Below, piece after piece: positions 1-9,332 of a stretch of DNA of 64,000 nucleotides. The stretch is from Ilumatobacter sp. (GTDB lineage: Bacteria; Actinomycetota; Acidimicrobiia; Acidimicrobiales; Ilumatobacteraceae). The position numbers and the translations under genes are program-made. The number at the start of each line of letters is the position of its first letter. The stretch's first letter is position 1. The stretch lies in NCBI GenBank assembly GCA_007693335.1, contig REDU01000064.1, positions 104 to 64,103 on the forward strand. The letters are read 5' to 3'. The notes beneath the pieces are model-generated. The model was not told the origin of the DNA. It was given only the letters and a program-made list of their open reading frames with translations, and did no database searches.

Positions 1-1
1 C

Positions 2-1573
2 GGTCGCGGACCACGCGACTGCCTCGACCGGTGGGGACGGATGCTGCTGGAGCGCGCCGGCACACGGCGGCCCGGCCGGTACGCCGATGCGCTCGCGAGC
101 CGCCCCTCGTACTGGACCGACAACGGTGCGGCGTACTGGTACCGCACCGAGCCGGGATCGGACATGGCCACGTCGATCGTGGCGGCCGTGGACGGTCTCC
201 GCGCCGACGGCGTACCCGTGGGCGCCGTCCAGCTCGATTCCTGGTTCTACCCGCACCGCACCCTGCGGCCGTTCGACACCGATGCGTGGGAGGTACCGCC
301 CACCGCGATGACGGCGTGGGAGGAGCGGTCCGACGCACTGCCCGACGGGATCGCCGACCTCCGTGCCCGACTCGGTCACCCCCCGCTGGTGGCCCACATC
401 CGCCACCTGGCGTCGTCGGCCCCGATCACCCAGCAGGTTCCCGTGGCCGTCGATGGCGATCACGCCGTGCCCACCACGCCGGCTGCCTACGAGCGTTGGC
501 TCGACCAGTGCGTGGCGTGGGGCGTGGAGGTCTTCGAGCACGACTGGCTCGTGGACGTCTTCCATCGCAACCGGCGGCTCCGCGAACGCCCGGGTCGGGC
601 CCGACAGTGGCAGGAGGGCATCGATGCGGCTGCCCGCCACCGAGGCATCACCCTCCAGTGGTGCATGGCGACGCCGGCCGACTTCGCCCAGACCGTGACG
701 CTGTCGCAGGTGACCTCGATCCGAACCTCGGGTGACCACGGCTACATCGCCACACCCGGACAGATCTGGGCGTGGTTCTGCACCACGAACGCGATGGCAC
801 GGGCGCTCGGACTCACACCGTTCAAGGACGTGTTCCGGACCGATCCGGAGGTGGCGGGCGAACTCGGCGAACCGGAGGCTCTGCTGTCGGCACTGTCGAC
901 CGGACCCGTGGGACTGGGCGACCGCGTGGGTCGGTTCCGAACCGAGCTCGCGCTCCGCTGTTGCCGCGCCGACGGTGTGCTGATCAAGCCCGATGTGCCG
1001 GTGGCGGCCACCGACGATTCGATCGTCGCTGCCGGCCAGGGCGGCGCGCGTCCGTTGTTCGCCGAGTGCTGGTCACAGCACCCGGCCGGCCGCTGGTGGT
1101 ACGTGATCGCGATGCACTGCCGGCCCGACGACTCCGTCGTGTCGGGCAGCCTCGCGGTGCGTGACCTGGCCGGGGGCGACAACGACCCGGTGGCCGGGGA
1201 GCTGGTCGTCTGGGACCACCTGACGGGAGCGGTGACCCGCGTCGGGGCCGATCACGAGTGGGACGTGCAGCTCGAACGGGAGCAGTGGTCGTACCGGGTG
1301 ATCGCCCCGGTGCTGACGTGCGGACTCGCCGTGGTCGGCGACGTCTCGAAGTTCGTCGGCGCGGGCGACGCCCGCCTCGAGATCAGCGATCTCGGGACGG
1401 GCGTCGGCGTGGTGGCGAAGGGTGCCGGCGAAACGGTGACGATCACCGGCTGGGCCGCGTCGCGGCCACAGGTGGACGGTCACGCTGTGCAGTTCGACAC
1501 AGCGACCGGTCGCTTCACGGTCGATGTCATGGTGCCGTCCAGGGGCTGGACGACGATCACGATCCGACCCTGA
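2..1573 (+). CDS. Hypothetical protein, possibly a glycoside-hydrolase-like (TIM-barrel) enzyme; the 5' end is probably outside the window
   Basis: ORF 41..1573 stays open in the same frame back to nt 2. Motifs SYWTDNGAAYWY, VQLDSWFYP and FEHDWL look like the start of a sugar-hydrolase barrel, followed by a beta-rich C-terminal domain. No family can be assigned by eye. Confidence 0.45.
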   Translation, partial: GRGPRDCLDRWGRMLLERAGTRRPGRYADALASRPSYWTDNGAAYWYRTEPGSDMATSIVAAVDGLRADGVPVGAVQLDSWFYPHRTLRPFDTDAWEVPPTAMTAWEERSDALPDGIADLRARLGHPPLVAHIRHLASSAPITQQVPVAVDGDHAVPTTPAAYERWLDQCVAWGVEVFEHDWLVDVFHRNRRLRERPGRARQWQEGIDAAARHRGITLQWCMATPADFAQTVTLSQVTSIRTSGDHGYIATPGQIWAWFCTTNAMARALGLTPFKDVFRTDPEVAGELGEPEALLSALSTGPVGLGDRVGRFRTELALRCCRADGVLIKPDVPVAATDDSIVAAGQGGARPLFAECWSQHPAGRWWYVIAMHCRPDDSVVSGSLAVRDLAGGDNDPVAGELVVWDHLTGAVTRVGADHEWDVQLEREQWSYRVIAPVLTCGLAVVGDVSKFVGAGDARLEISDLGTGVGVVAKGAGETVTITGWAASRPQVDGHAVQFDTATGRFTVDVMVPSRGWTTITIRP

Positions 1574-1582
1574 CACGAACGG

Positions 1583-1734
1583 TCAGGTGGTACCTCGTCG
1601 TGCGGCGCCCATGAAGAAGCTGACGACCAGCAGGGCGGCGGCGATGATGAGGAGCCAGAACAGGCCCTCCACGAGGAGGCCGACGCCTCCGAGCAGGAGT
1701 GCGAGTATGAGGATGACGATGACGAGAGCCATGA
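1583..1734 (-). CDS. Small hydrophobic membrane protein (49 aa)
   Basis: Starts at an internal ATG (1734..1732) of ORF 1583..1981. MALVIVILILALLLGGVGLLVEGLFWLLIIAAALLVVSFFMGAARRGTT gives two predicted TM helices. The upstream part of the ORF is Arg-rich shadow sequence. Confidence 0.45.
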
Positions 1735-1755
1735 TGTGAACTTCCTTGTCTGAAG

Positions 1756-3165
1756 ATGCCGGCGACAGGGTGCCGCAGCGGCGATGTGGACACGGTTCCC
1801 CCGAGCGACGAGCGCGAAACATCCTGCGTACCCTGCACCCATGGCCAACCCCACCACCGACGCGTGACCCCCGAGCTCTCCCAACGGTTCGGCGACGGCG
1901 ATCCCGATGCCGGGCGCACCGGCGCCTCGCCGCCGCTCTCGCTCGATCCGACCGACGACGCGGTCGGCTGGGTGCACACACACCTCGGACACCTCACCTG
2001 CGACGGGCCGGGCCGGCCCGGCGGGATCCGCGGAGGCGAGCGGTCGGCCCGCGCCGCGCTCGCCGGTTTCGATGTGGCCGGCTACGCGGCGCGACGCAAT
2101 GAAGTACTCCCAGTGTCGCGGCGGGGCGCGTCGGGCCTGTCGCCGTACATCCGACATGGTCTGCTCACACTGCCCGAGATGTGGACAACCGTGGCCGACG
2201 GGCCGACACGTGACCGCCGGAAGTTCCGTGACGAGCTGCTGTGGCAGGAGTACGCCCGCCACCTGTACGCCCGCGTGGGTCGGGCCCTCGGTGACGATCT
2301 GCGATACACCGCAGCGCCCACTGCCAACGCTCCCGACGACCCCTGGGCGGGAGACCTGGCGTGCGTGCGGTTCGCGGTCGACGAGTTGGAGACCGATGGC
2401 TGGTTGGTGAACCAGACCCGGATGTGGCTCGCATCGCACTGGTCGGTGCGGCACGGCGCGGACTGGCGCGCCGGCGAGGACCGCTTCTTCCGCCACCTGC
2501 TCGACGGGTCACGTGCGGCCAACCGCGCCGGTTGGCAGTGGACCACGGGTCGGGTCAACGGCTCCGCGTACGGATTCTCCCGTCGACAGGTCGAACGACG
2601 TGCCCCCGGCCTCTGCGACTCGTGTGCCCACCGACATCGGTGTCCCATCGAGCAGTGGCCCGACGACCCTCGGCTCGATCGCGCCGGAGCCGATACGGCC
2701 GACACCGACCTGAGCGGCGCACCCGACGCCGGTCCGGACGAGCCGGAACTCGACGCATCGGTGCCCCCGGCCACCGCGGTCTGGCTCACGGCAGAGTCGC
2801 TCGGCGATTCCGATCCGGCGCTGGTCGCCCACCCCGACCTCCCGGCCGTGTTCGTGTTCGACGAACCGCTCTTGGCGCGGCTACGTCTCGCGACCAAGCG
2901 GCTGGTGTTCCTGACCGAGTGTCTGGCCGACCTGGCCGAGCGGCGATCCGTCGAGGTGTACCTCGGCGATCCCGTCGAGGTGCTGGCCGGGCGGGCGCTC
3001 GCCACCACGCATTCTCCGGTGCCGGGCGGTGCTCGCCGGCGTGGGGCGCTCACGATCGCCGCGCTGCACCCCTGGCCGTGGTTGCGTCGACCCACGAACG
3101 GACCGATCGGTTCGTTCAGCGCGTGGCGGCGCGGCCTCGAGAGTGCTCAGGCGCTCACGGTGTAG
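1756..3165 (+). CDS. Photolyase/cryptochrome-family FAD-binding protein with atypical domain order
   Basis: [32 protein letters not shown] and [34 protein letters not shown] match photolyase FAD-domain motifs. The C-terminal [48 protein letters not shown] resembles the alpha/beta domain that is normally N-terminal. The true start is uncertain. Confidence 0.7.
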   Translation: MPATGCRSGDVDTVPPSDERETSCVPCTHGQPHHRRVTPELSQRFGDGDPDAGRTGASPPLSLDPTDDAVGWVHTHLGHLTCDGPGRPGGIRGGERSARAALAGFDVAGYAARRNEVLPVSRRGASGLSPYIRHGLLTLPEMWTTVADGPTRDRRKFRDELLWQEYARHLYARVGRALGDDLRYTAAPTANAPDDPWAGDLACVRFAVDELETDGWLVNQTRMWLASHWSVRHGADWRAGEDRFFRHLLDGSRAANRAGWQWTTGRVNGSAYGFSRRQVERRAPGLCDSCAHRHRCPIEQWPDDPRLDRAGADTADTDLSGAPDAGPDEPELDASVPPATAVWLTAESLGDSDPALVAHPDLPAVFVFDEPLLARLRLATKRLVFLTECLADLAERRSVEVYLGDPVEVLAGRALATTHSPVPGGARRRGALTIAALHPWPWLRRPTNGPIGSFSAWRRGLESAQALTV

Positions 3166-4415
3166 GCGGCGCGCACCTCAGCGGCCGCCTGCTCGGCGGC
3201 TCCGGGGGTACGGGCGTGCACCACGGCGAGCGGACGATCGGACCCGACGTCGCTGCCCAGCTCGGCCAGTGCGGTGAGCCCGACCAGCGGGTCGACGGGG
3301 TCCTGCGGCCGGGTACGACCCCCGCCGAGGGTCACCACGGCGAGTCCGACCGACCGGGTGTCGATGGCGGTCACGCTGCCTGCGCCATCAGGCGAAACCT
3401 CGATCACGACCGGCGCTGACCCGAGGTGCCGATCGGGCTGCTCGACCAGGTCGGACGGCCCGCCCAGCGCGGTGACCATCCGGGCGAACCGCTCGGTGGC
3501 GGCACCCGACGTGAACGCCTGCTCGATCAGACCACGGCCCGATTCGACGTGTGCCGCGAGCCCCGCCAGGACGAGCATCTCGGCACCGAGCGCCACGACC
3601 ACCTCGTGCATCCTGGGCTCGCGGTGCGCGCCGGTGAGATGGTCGATGGCCGAGCGCACCTCGAGCGCGTTGCCGGCGGCCGAGGCCAGCGGTTGGTTCA
3701 TGTCGGTCAGCAGCGCCGTGGTCGGCAACCCGGCCCCCACCGCCACCTCCACGAGCGAGTCGGCCAGCTCCTGGGCGCGCTCGCGTGACGACATGAACGC
3801 GCCGTTGCCGAACTTCACGTCGATCGCCAGTCCGCCGAGCCCGGCCGCGAGCTTCTTCGACAGGATCGACGCCGTGATGAGTGGGATCGATTCGACCGTG
3901 GCCGTCACGTCACGAACGGCGTACAACCGCTTGTCGGCGGGTGCGAGATCGTCGGTCTGTCCGATGATGGCGCACCCCACCTCGGACACGACCCGGGCGA
4001 ACAGCTCTCGGTCGGGCATCGCGTCGTACCCCGGGATCGACCCCATCTTGTCGAGCGTGCCGCCGGTGTGCCCGAGTCCGCGACCCGAGATCATCGGCAC
4101 GTACGCACCACAGGCCGCCACGGCCGGGGCGAGCATCAGACTGACGGTGTCGCCCACGCCACCGGTGGAGTGCTTGTCGACCACCGGCCCGTCGAGGTGC
4201 TCCCAGGTCAGCACCGTGCCGCTGCGCATCATCGCGGTCGTGAGGGCCACGCACTCGTCGGGCTCCATGCCCTGGAAGAACACCGCCATGGCGAACGCCG
4301 CTGCCTGGCCCTCGGCCACCGAGCCGTCGACCAGACCGGTCACGAAGCGTTCGATGTCGCCGGCACCGAGCAGCCGACCGTCACGCTTGGCCCGGATCAC
4401 CTCTTGCGGCAGCAT
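3147..4415 (-). CDS. deoA: Thymidine (pyrimidine-nucleoside) phosphorylase
   Basis: [13 protein letters not shown].., [26 protein letters not shown] and SILSKK motifs. The start ATG at 4415 overlaps the deoC stop (ATGA). The rest of the 641-aa ORF is an out-of-frame shadow over deoC. Confidence 0.93.
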   Translation of the reverse strand: MLPQEVIRAKRDGRLLGAGDIERFVTGLVDGSVAEGQAAAFAMAVFFQGMEPDECVALTTAMMRSGTVLTWEHLDGPVVDKHSTGGVGDTVSLMLAPAVAACGAYVPMISGRGLGHTGGTLDKMGSIPGYDAMPDRELFARVVSEVGCAIIGQTDDLAPADKRLYAVRDVTATVESIPLITASILSKKLAAGLGGLAIDVKFGNGAFMSSRERAQELADSLVEVAVGAGLPTTALLTDMNQPLASAAGNALEVRSAIDHLTGAHREPRMHEVVVALGAEMLVLAGLAAHVESGRGLIEQAFTSGAATERFARMVTALGGPSDLVEQPDRHLGSAPVVIEVSPDGAGSVTAIDTRSVGLAVVTLGGGRTRPQDPVDPLVGLTALAELGSDVGSDRPLAVVHARTPGAAEQAAAEVRAAYTVSA

Positions 4416-5197
4416 CACGCCTCCTCGTCGAGAACGGCGAGCAGTGCGTCGAGCAGCCCGCTCGCACCGAATCGGAACGTGCTGGGACGCGCCCAGCCGG
4501 CGCCCATCACCCGATCGGCGGCCGCGAGGTAGGCAGCGGCATCGGCTGCGGTGCGGAGACCACCCGATGGCTTGATCCCCACGATGCGACCGGTCGCCAT
4601 CGCGTCGGCATCGGCCAACACGGCCAACATCGCCTCGACGGCATCGGGCGTGGCCGAGACGTCGGTCTTGCCGGTGGACGTCTTGATGAAGTCGGCACCG
4701 TGGGCCACGGCGAACCGGGCGATGCGGTCGACCGCCCCGAGATCGGGCAACATGCCGGTCTCGAGGATCACCTTCACGTGTGCCCCGGCGTCGGTCGTGA
4801 GCGAGCGGACGGCGTCGAGCACCTGCTCGGGGCGTTCGGTGTCGCCGGCGAGCCAGGCACGATAGGGGACCACCACGTCGATCTCGGTGGCGCCGTCGGC
4901 GAGGGCGCGCTCGGTGAGCACGCCCACCGCGAACGGCCGCTCGTCGCCGGTCGGGAAGTTCACGACCGTGGCGATCTCGACCCTGCTGTCGCGCAGGACA
5001 TGGGCCGCCCGGGCGACGAAGTCGGGCCAGACGCACACGGCGGCGGTGCCGTGGGTGGCCGCCCGGGCGCACAGACCCTCGACATCGGCCACGCTCGAGG
5101 TGTCGGACAGATCGGTGAGATCGATGAGCCCGATCGCACGGCGCGCGAGCTGCGGGTCGGGGCGGGTGGTCACGAGCTCACTGTACGTCCGTGGCAC
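4415..5197 (-). CDS. deoC: Deoxyribose-phosphate aldolase
   Basis: Typical long-form DeoC: [39 protein letters not shown] and IKPSGGLRT. Confidence 0.9.
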   Translation of the reverse strand: MPRTYSELVTTRPDPQLARRAIGLIDLTDLSDTSSVADVEGLCARAATHGTAAVCVWPDFVARAAHVLRDSRVEIATVVNFPTGDERPFAVGVLTERALADGATEIDVVVPYRAWLAGDTERPEQVLDAVRSLTTDAGAHVKVILETGMLPDLGAVDRIARFAVAHGADFIKTSTGKTDVSATPDAVEAMLAVLADADAMATGRIVGIKPSGGLRTAADAAAYLAAADRVMGAGWARPSTFRFGASGLLDALLAVLDEEA

Positions 5198-6203
5198 GCA
5201 CCCGCACGCGGGCCGTGCTGCCGCGCACCACCAGTTCGGGAAGGACGTCGAACGCCGAGGGTGCGTACGGCTGGTCGGCCACCTTGGCGAGGAGCACCTC
5301 GACCGCGTGCGTGCTGATCTCGTCGACCATCTGGCGCACCGTCGTGAGCGGTGGGTCGGTGTAGGCCATCAACTCGGTGTCGTCGTAGCCCACCACCGAG
5401 ATGTCACCGGGCACGTCGAGCCCGGCGTCGCGGGCCGCATGGATCGCCCCCAACGCCATGACGTCGCTGCCGGCCACGATGGCGGTGGCACCGGCGTCGA
5501 GGATCTGTTGCGCACCGACGCGACCACCCGCCACCGTGAACATCGACGAGACCACGAGCCGCTCGTCACGGTCGAGCCCCCACTGCTCGATGGCCGTGCG
5601 GTAGCCCTCGAGCCGACGGACCACGGGAAGATAGTGGGTGGGTCCCGTCAGCATCCCGACGCGGCGGTGACCGAGGTGTGCCAGGTGCTCGATGGCGATC
5701 GCTGCCGCCGCGGTCTCGTCGGACGAGACCGACGGCACGTCGAGCCCGTCGACCCTGCCGTTCACGAACACGAGGGGGAGGTGGCGCTGCACGAGTCGCT
5801 CGTAGATCGCGTGATCGCCGTCGAGGTCGGCGTGCCGCCCCGAGACCACCACGAGTCCGACCACACCGTGATCGAACAGCGTGGGCAGGTAGTCGTCCTC
5901 GCTCGCGCCGATGCGGCCGGCGCAGCAGAGGACCGACACGTAGCCGCGCGCCAGCAGCCGCGACTCGAGCGCCTGGGCGTAGGCGGGGAAGATCGGATTG
6001 TCGAGCTCGGGGAGCATGAGGCCGACCAACCCCGGCCGCGGCTCGCCGCGCAGACCCGGTGGCTCGTAGCCCATCTCACCGAGAACGGCCAGTACGTCGC
6101 GACGGGTCGTTGCGGCGACCGCGGGCTTGGCGTTCATGACGCGACTGACCGTCGCCTCGCTGACGCCCGCTCGTTCCGCCACGTCCCGTAGCCGGATCCG
6201 CAT
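5178..6203 (-). CDS. LacI-family transcriptional regulator, first gene of a lacI-deoC-deoA unit and divergent from malEFG
   Basis: MRIRLRDVAERAGVSEATVSRVMN is a LacI-type HTH, followed by a periplasmic-binding-protein-like sugar-binding core. The start is taken at the internal ATG at 6203. Confidence 0.88.
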   Translation of the reverse strand: MRIRLRDVAERAGVSEATVSRVMNAKPAVAATTRRDVLAVLGEMGYEPPGLRGEPRPGLVGLMLPELDNPIFPAYAQALESRLLARGYVSVLCCAGRIGASEDDYLPTLFDHGVVGLVVVSGRHADLDGDHAIYERLVQRHLPLVFVNGRVDGLDVPSVSSDETAAAAIAIEHLAHLGHRRVGMLTGPTHYLPVVRRLEGYRTAIEQWGLDRDERLVVSSMFTVAGGRVGAQQILDAGATAIVAGSDVMALGAIHAARDAGLDVPGDISVVGYDDTELMAYTDPPLTTVRQMVDEISTHAVEVLLAKVADQPYAPSAFDVLPELVVRGSTARVRVRATDVQ

Positions 6204-6260
6204 GTGTCGGTCCCCTCCTGCGCGCCACTGTACGACCAATTGTCGACCATTCTGGAAGAA

Positions 6261-6285
6261 CTGCAAGTTTCTTGCAATCTTGCCA
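6261..6285. promoter_or_regulatory. Putative LacI/MalR-type operator in the divergent promoter region
   Basis: CTGCAAG-ttt-CTTGCAA is an inverted repeat (6/7 match), followed by a third CTTGCCA copy. It lies in the comparatively AT-rich lacI/malE intergenic region. It resembles the CTTGCAG heptamers reported for Streptomyces MalR/Reg1. Confidence 0.45.
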
Positions 6286-6384
6286 GCAGAGGTTTACCGT
6301 GGACGGTGGCGGGGGCCGGAGGCCCCCGCGACGCCCGAGCGTCAACACCCGTGAACACCTGTCACCACCACTCAAGGGGAGATC

Positions 6385-7740
6385 ATGCGCGCACACCGCC
6401 GCCTGCTCGCCGTCGCCGTCAGCTTCGCCCTCGTGGGCGCAGCGTGCGGTTCCGACGACGACAGCACCACCACACCGGCCACCGATCCGGCCGCCGACAC
6501 CACCGAGGCTCCCGTCGAGGAGGCACCCGAGGAGGAGGCCCCCGAGGAGGAAGCCCCCGAGGAGGAAGCCCCCGAGGAGGAAGCCCCCGAGGAGGAGGAG
6601 TACGTGCCGCCGGCACGTGGCGACGCCGACCTCGTGATCTGGGCCGACGACACCCGCACCCCGGTGCTCGCCCCCATCGCCGCCGCGTTCTCCGAGGAGG
6701 AGGGCGTCGAGGTCGTGGTGCTCGAGGTGCCGTTCGACAACATCCGCACCAGCCTCAACACCGCCGCACCGGTCGGTGAGGGTCCCGACATCATCATCGG
6801 CGCCCACGACTGGCTCGGCGAGCTCGTGTCCAACGGCGTGGTGCTCCCCGTCGATCTCGGCGCGACCGCCGATCTCTACAGCGATGTGGCGATCGAGGCG
6901 TTCTCGTTCGACGGTGCCACCTACGGCCTGCCGTACGCCGTGGAGAACATCGCCCTGATCCGCAACACCGACCTGGTGCCCGAGGCACCGGCCACGTTCG
7001 AGGAGCTCGAGGAGATCGCCCTCGGCCTGGTGGCCGATGGCACGGTCGACATCCCGCTGGCCATCCAGCAGGCACCCGGCGACCCGTTCCACAACTACCC
7101 GCTGTTCACGGGTGCGGGCGGCTACGTGTTCGGTCAGAACCCCGACGGCAGCTACGACCCGACCGACCTCGGCATCGACTCACCCGGCGGCCTCGAGGCA
7201 GCCGAGAAGTTCGGCGAGTGGGCGGCATCGGGTCTGCTCAACTCCGACATCGACTACGGCGTGATGACCTCGTCGTTCGGTGAGGGACGGGCACCGTTCG
7301 CCATCACCGGCCCCTGGGCGCTCGGCGAGTTCAGCGACGTCAACTTCGTGGTCGAGCCGGTCCCGTCCGTGAACGGCGGCACGCCGCAGGTGTTCGTGGG
7401 TGTGCAGGGCTTCATGATCTCGTCGTTCAGCGAGAACCCCGAGTTGGCCACCACCTTCCTGCTCGACTTCCTGAACAGCGAAGAGCTCCAGCTCGAGCTG
7501 TTCGAGGCCGGTGGGCGTCCGCCCGCCATGACCTCGGCCTTCGAGCAGGTGGCCGACGACCCCATCATCCAGGGCTTCGGTCTCGCCGGCCAGCAGGGCG
7601 CACCGCTGCCCGCCATCCCGGAGATGGGTGCCGTCTGGGGCGCGTGGACCGACGCCTACGAGCAGGTGTTCGCCGGCGCCGACCCCACCGCCACCTTCGA
7701 GGGCGCCGCCGCCTCGATCCGGTCCAGCATCGGCGGCTGA
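6385..7740 (+). CDS. malE: Maltose/maltodextrin ABC transporter substrate-binding lipoprotein
   Basis: Signal peptide with lipobox LVGAAC, then an acidic EEAPE linker, then a MalE-like core (LVIWADDTR.., GPDIIIGAHDW, YGLPYAVENIALIRN, PAIPEMGAVW). Confidence 0.88.
   Translation: MRAHRRLLAVAVSFALVGAACGSDDDSTTTPATDPAADTTEAPVEEAPEEEAPEEEAPEEEAPEEEAPEEEEYVPPARGDADLVIWADDTRTPVLAPIAAAFSEEEGVEVVVLEVPFDNIRTSLNTAAPVGEGPDIIIGAHDWLGELVSNGVVLPVDLGATADLYSDVAIEAFSFDGATYGLPYAVENIALIRNTDLVPEAPATFEELEEIALGLVADGTVDIPLAIQQAPGDPFHNYPLFTGAGGYVFGQNPDGSYDPTDLGIDSPGGLEAAEKFGEWAASGLLNSDIDYGVMTSSFGEGRAPFAITGPWALGEFSDVNFVVEPVPSVNGGTPQVFVGVQGFMISSFSENPELATTFLLDFLNSEELQLELFEAGGRPPAMTSAFEQVADDPIIQGFGLAGQQGAPLPAIPEMGAVWGAWTDAYEQVFAGADPTATFEGAAASIRSSIGG
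6517..6600 (+). repeat. In-frame 15-bp tandem repeat (about 5.5 copies) encoding the (EEEAP)n linker of MalE
   Basis: The unit gaggaggaagccccc is repeated head to tail. The (PPRGG)n and (PRRK)n ORFs in other frames and on the other strand are artefacts of this repeat. Confidence 0.9.
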
Positions 7741-9332
7741 TGACCGGGGTCGAACCCGTTGACGAGGGCCGGGGGGCCGACGCCCCCCGGCCCTCGCCGC
7801 GCCCCGTGCTCGGCAACTACGGCTCACCGTTGGGCATCCTCGTCAAGCTGGTGGCACTGGCGCTGCTCAACGCCATCGTGCTGTGGGGCCTGACGGTGAT
7901 GGCCGACGCCGGTGAGTGGGCGTTCCTCGTCTTCTCCGCCCTCGCGCTGCTGGTGATCGACTGGGTGTACCTGTCACGCCGCCGGATCCCGGGCAAGTAC
8001 CTCGTGCCGGGCACGTTGTTCCTCCTCGTGTTCGCGGTGTACCCGGTGCTCTACACGGTCTTCATCTCGACCACGAACTACGGCACCGGCAACAACCTGT
8101 CGCAGGAGCAGGCCATCCAGCAGATCGAACGCCAGTCGATCAGCGCCACCGACGAGGCCACCCGCTACTCGCTCCAGATCCTCGCTCGCGGCAACCCCGG
8201 CGGCGACCTCGCGTTCCTCCTCACCGATCCCGACGGTGAGCGGTTCCTCGGCACCGCCGACGAACTGGTCCCCCTCGCCGACGCCGACGTCGTGGCCGAC
8301 GGTCGACGCGAGACGATCGACGGTTTCGTGCCGCTCAACGCCGGTCAGGCACAGGACCGCGTGGCCGAGATCCGCAGCTTCGTCGTGCCCGGTCCCGAGG
8401 GCGAGATCGACAACGACGGGTTCGGCGCCGCGTTCACCAAGCTGCAGCGCTACGTCTACGACGCCGCCACCGGCACGATGGTCGACACCGTGAACGACGT
8501 GGTGCTCGTGGCCGACGGCGGGTACTTCGTGGACGACGACGGGCGACGACTCCTGCCCGGTTGGCGCACCAACGTCGGGCTCTCCAACTACGAAGCGCTC
8601 CTCACCGATCCGGCGTTGCGCGGCAACTTCATCCGCGTGTTCGTGTGGACAGTGGTGTTCGCCGCCGCGTCGGTGTTCTTCTCGTTCTCGCTCGGCCTGC
8701 TGCTCGCGCTGGTGTTCAACAACCCGACGATGCGCGGCCGCCAGCTCTACCGCAGCCTCATCATCATCCCCTACGCCCTGCCCAGCTTCATGACCGCCCT
8801 GGTGTGGCGCGGCATGTTCAACCAGTCGTTCGGGGTGATCAACCGTTGGCTCGACGTGAGCCTGCCGTGGCTCAGTGGCCAGTGGCTCCCGTACGTGTCG
8901 ATCCTGATCGTCAACACCTGGCTCGGCTACGTGTACATGTTCCTCGTGAGCAGCGGGGCGCTGCAGAGCATCCCCGACGAACTCACCGAGGCGGCCAAGG
9001 TCGACGGCGCCACCGGTCCGATGCGGTTCCGTCGCATCACGCTCCCGCTGCTGCTCGTGTCGATCTCGCCACTGCTGATCGCGAGCTTCGCGTTCAACTT
9101 CAACAACTTCAACCTGATCTACCTGCTCACCGAGGGTCGCCCGTCGATCCCCGGCAGCGACGCCGGGCGCACCGACATCTTGATCACGTACACCTACAAG
9201 GTGGCGTTCGAGCAGGGGGCACGGGCCGACTACGGCTTCGCCTCGGCCCTCGCCGTCGTGATCTTCCTGATCGTCGCGGCGATCTCGGCGGTCAGTTTCC
9301 GGTACACCAAGCAGCTCGAGGAGATCCGATGA
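7740..9332 (+). CDS. malF: Maltose ABC transporter permease, MalF-like with a large periplasmic P2 loop
   Basis: The start ATG at 7740 overlaps the malE stop (TGATG). It has an N-terminal TM pair, a roughly 180-aa soluble loop, then a permease core with the EAA-type motif EAAKVDGATGPMRFRRITLPLL. Confidence 0.88.
   Translation: MTGVEPVDEGRGADAPRPSPRPVLGNYGSPLGILVKLVALALLNAIVLWGLTVMADAGEWAFLVFSALALLVIDWVYLSRRRIPGKYLVPGTLFLLVFAVYPVLYTVFISTTNYGTGNNLSQEQAIQQIERQSISATDEATRYSLQILARGNPGGDLAFLLTDPDGERFLGTADELVPLADADVVADGRRETIDGFVPLNAGQAQDRVAEIRSFVVPGPEGEIDNDGFGAAFTKLQRYVYDAATGTMVDTVNDVVLVADGGYFVDDDGRRLLPGWRTNVGLSNYEALLTDPALRGNFIRVFVWTVVFAAASVFFSFSLGLLLALVFNNPTMRGRQLYRSLIIIPYALPSFMTALVWRGMFNQSFGVINRWLDVSLPWLSGQWLPYVSILIVNTWLGYVYMFLVSSGALQSIPDELTEAAKVDGATGPMRFRRITLPLLLVSISPLLIASFAFNFNNFNLIYLLTEGRPSIPGSDAGRTDILITYTYKVAFEQGARADYGFASALAVVIFLIVAAISAVSFRYTKQLEEIR

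Noticed and set aside
3147-5072. A 641-aa ORF that would suggest an N-terminally extended or fused thymidine phosphorylase
   Set aside because: The first 219 codons overlap deoC in another frame and are Arg-rich nonsense. The canonical DeoA N-terminus begins at the ATG at 4415, which forms an ATGA overlap with the deoC stop.
6204-6779. ORFs with striking (PPRGG)n / (PRRK)n / (SSGA)n periodicity (6204..6779, 6272..6637, 6419..6616, 6372..6833)
   Set aside because: They are alternative-frame and antisense readings of the 15-bp EEEAP repeat inside malE. The malE frame has a lipoprotein signal and a full SBP fold.
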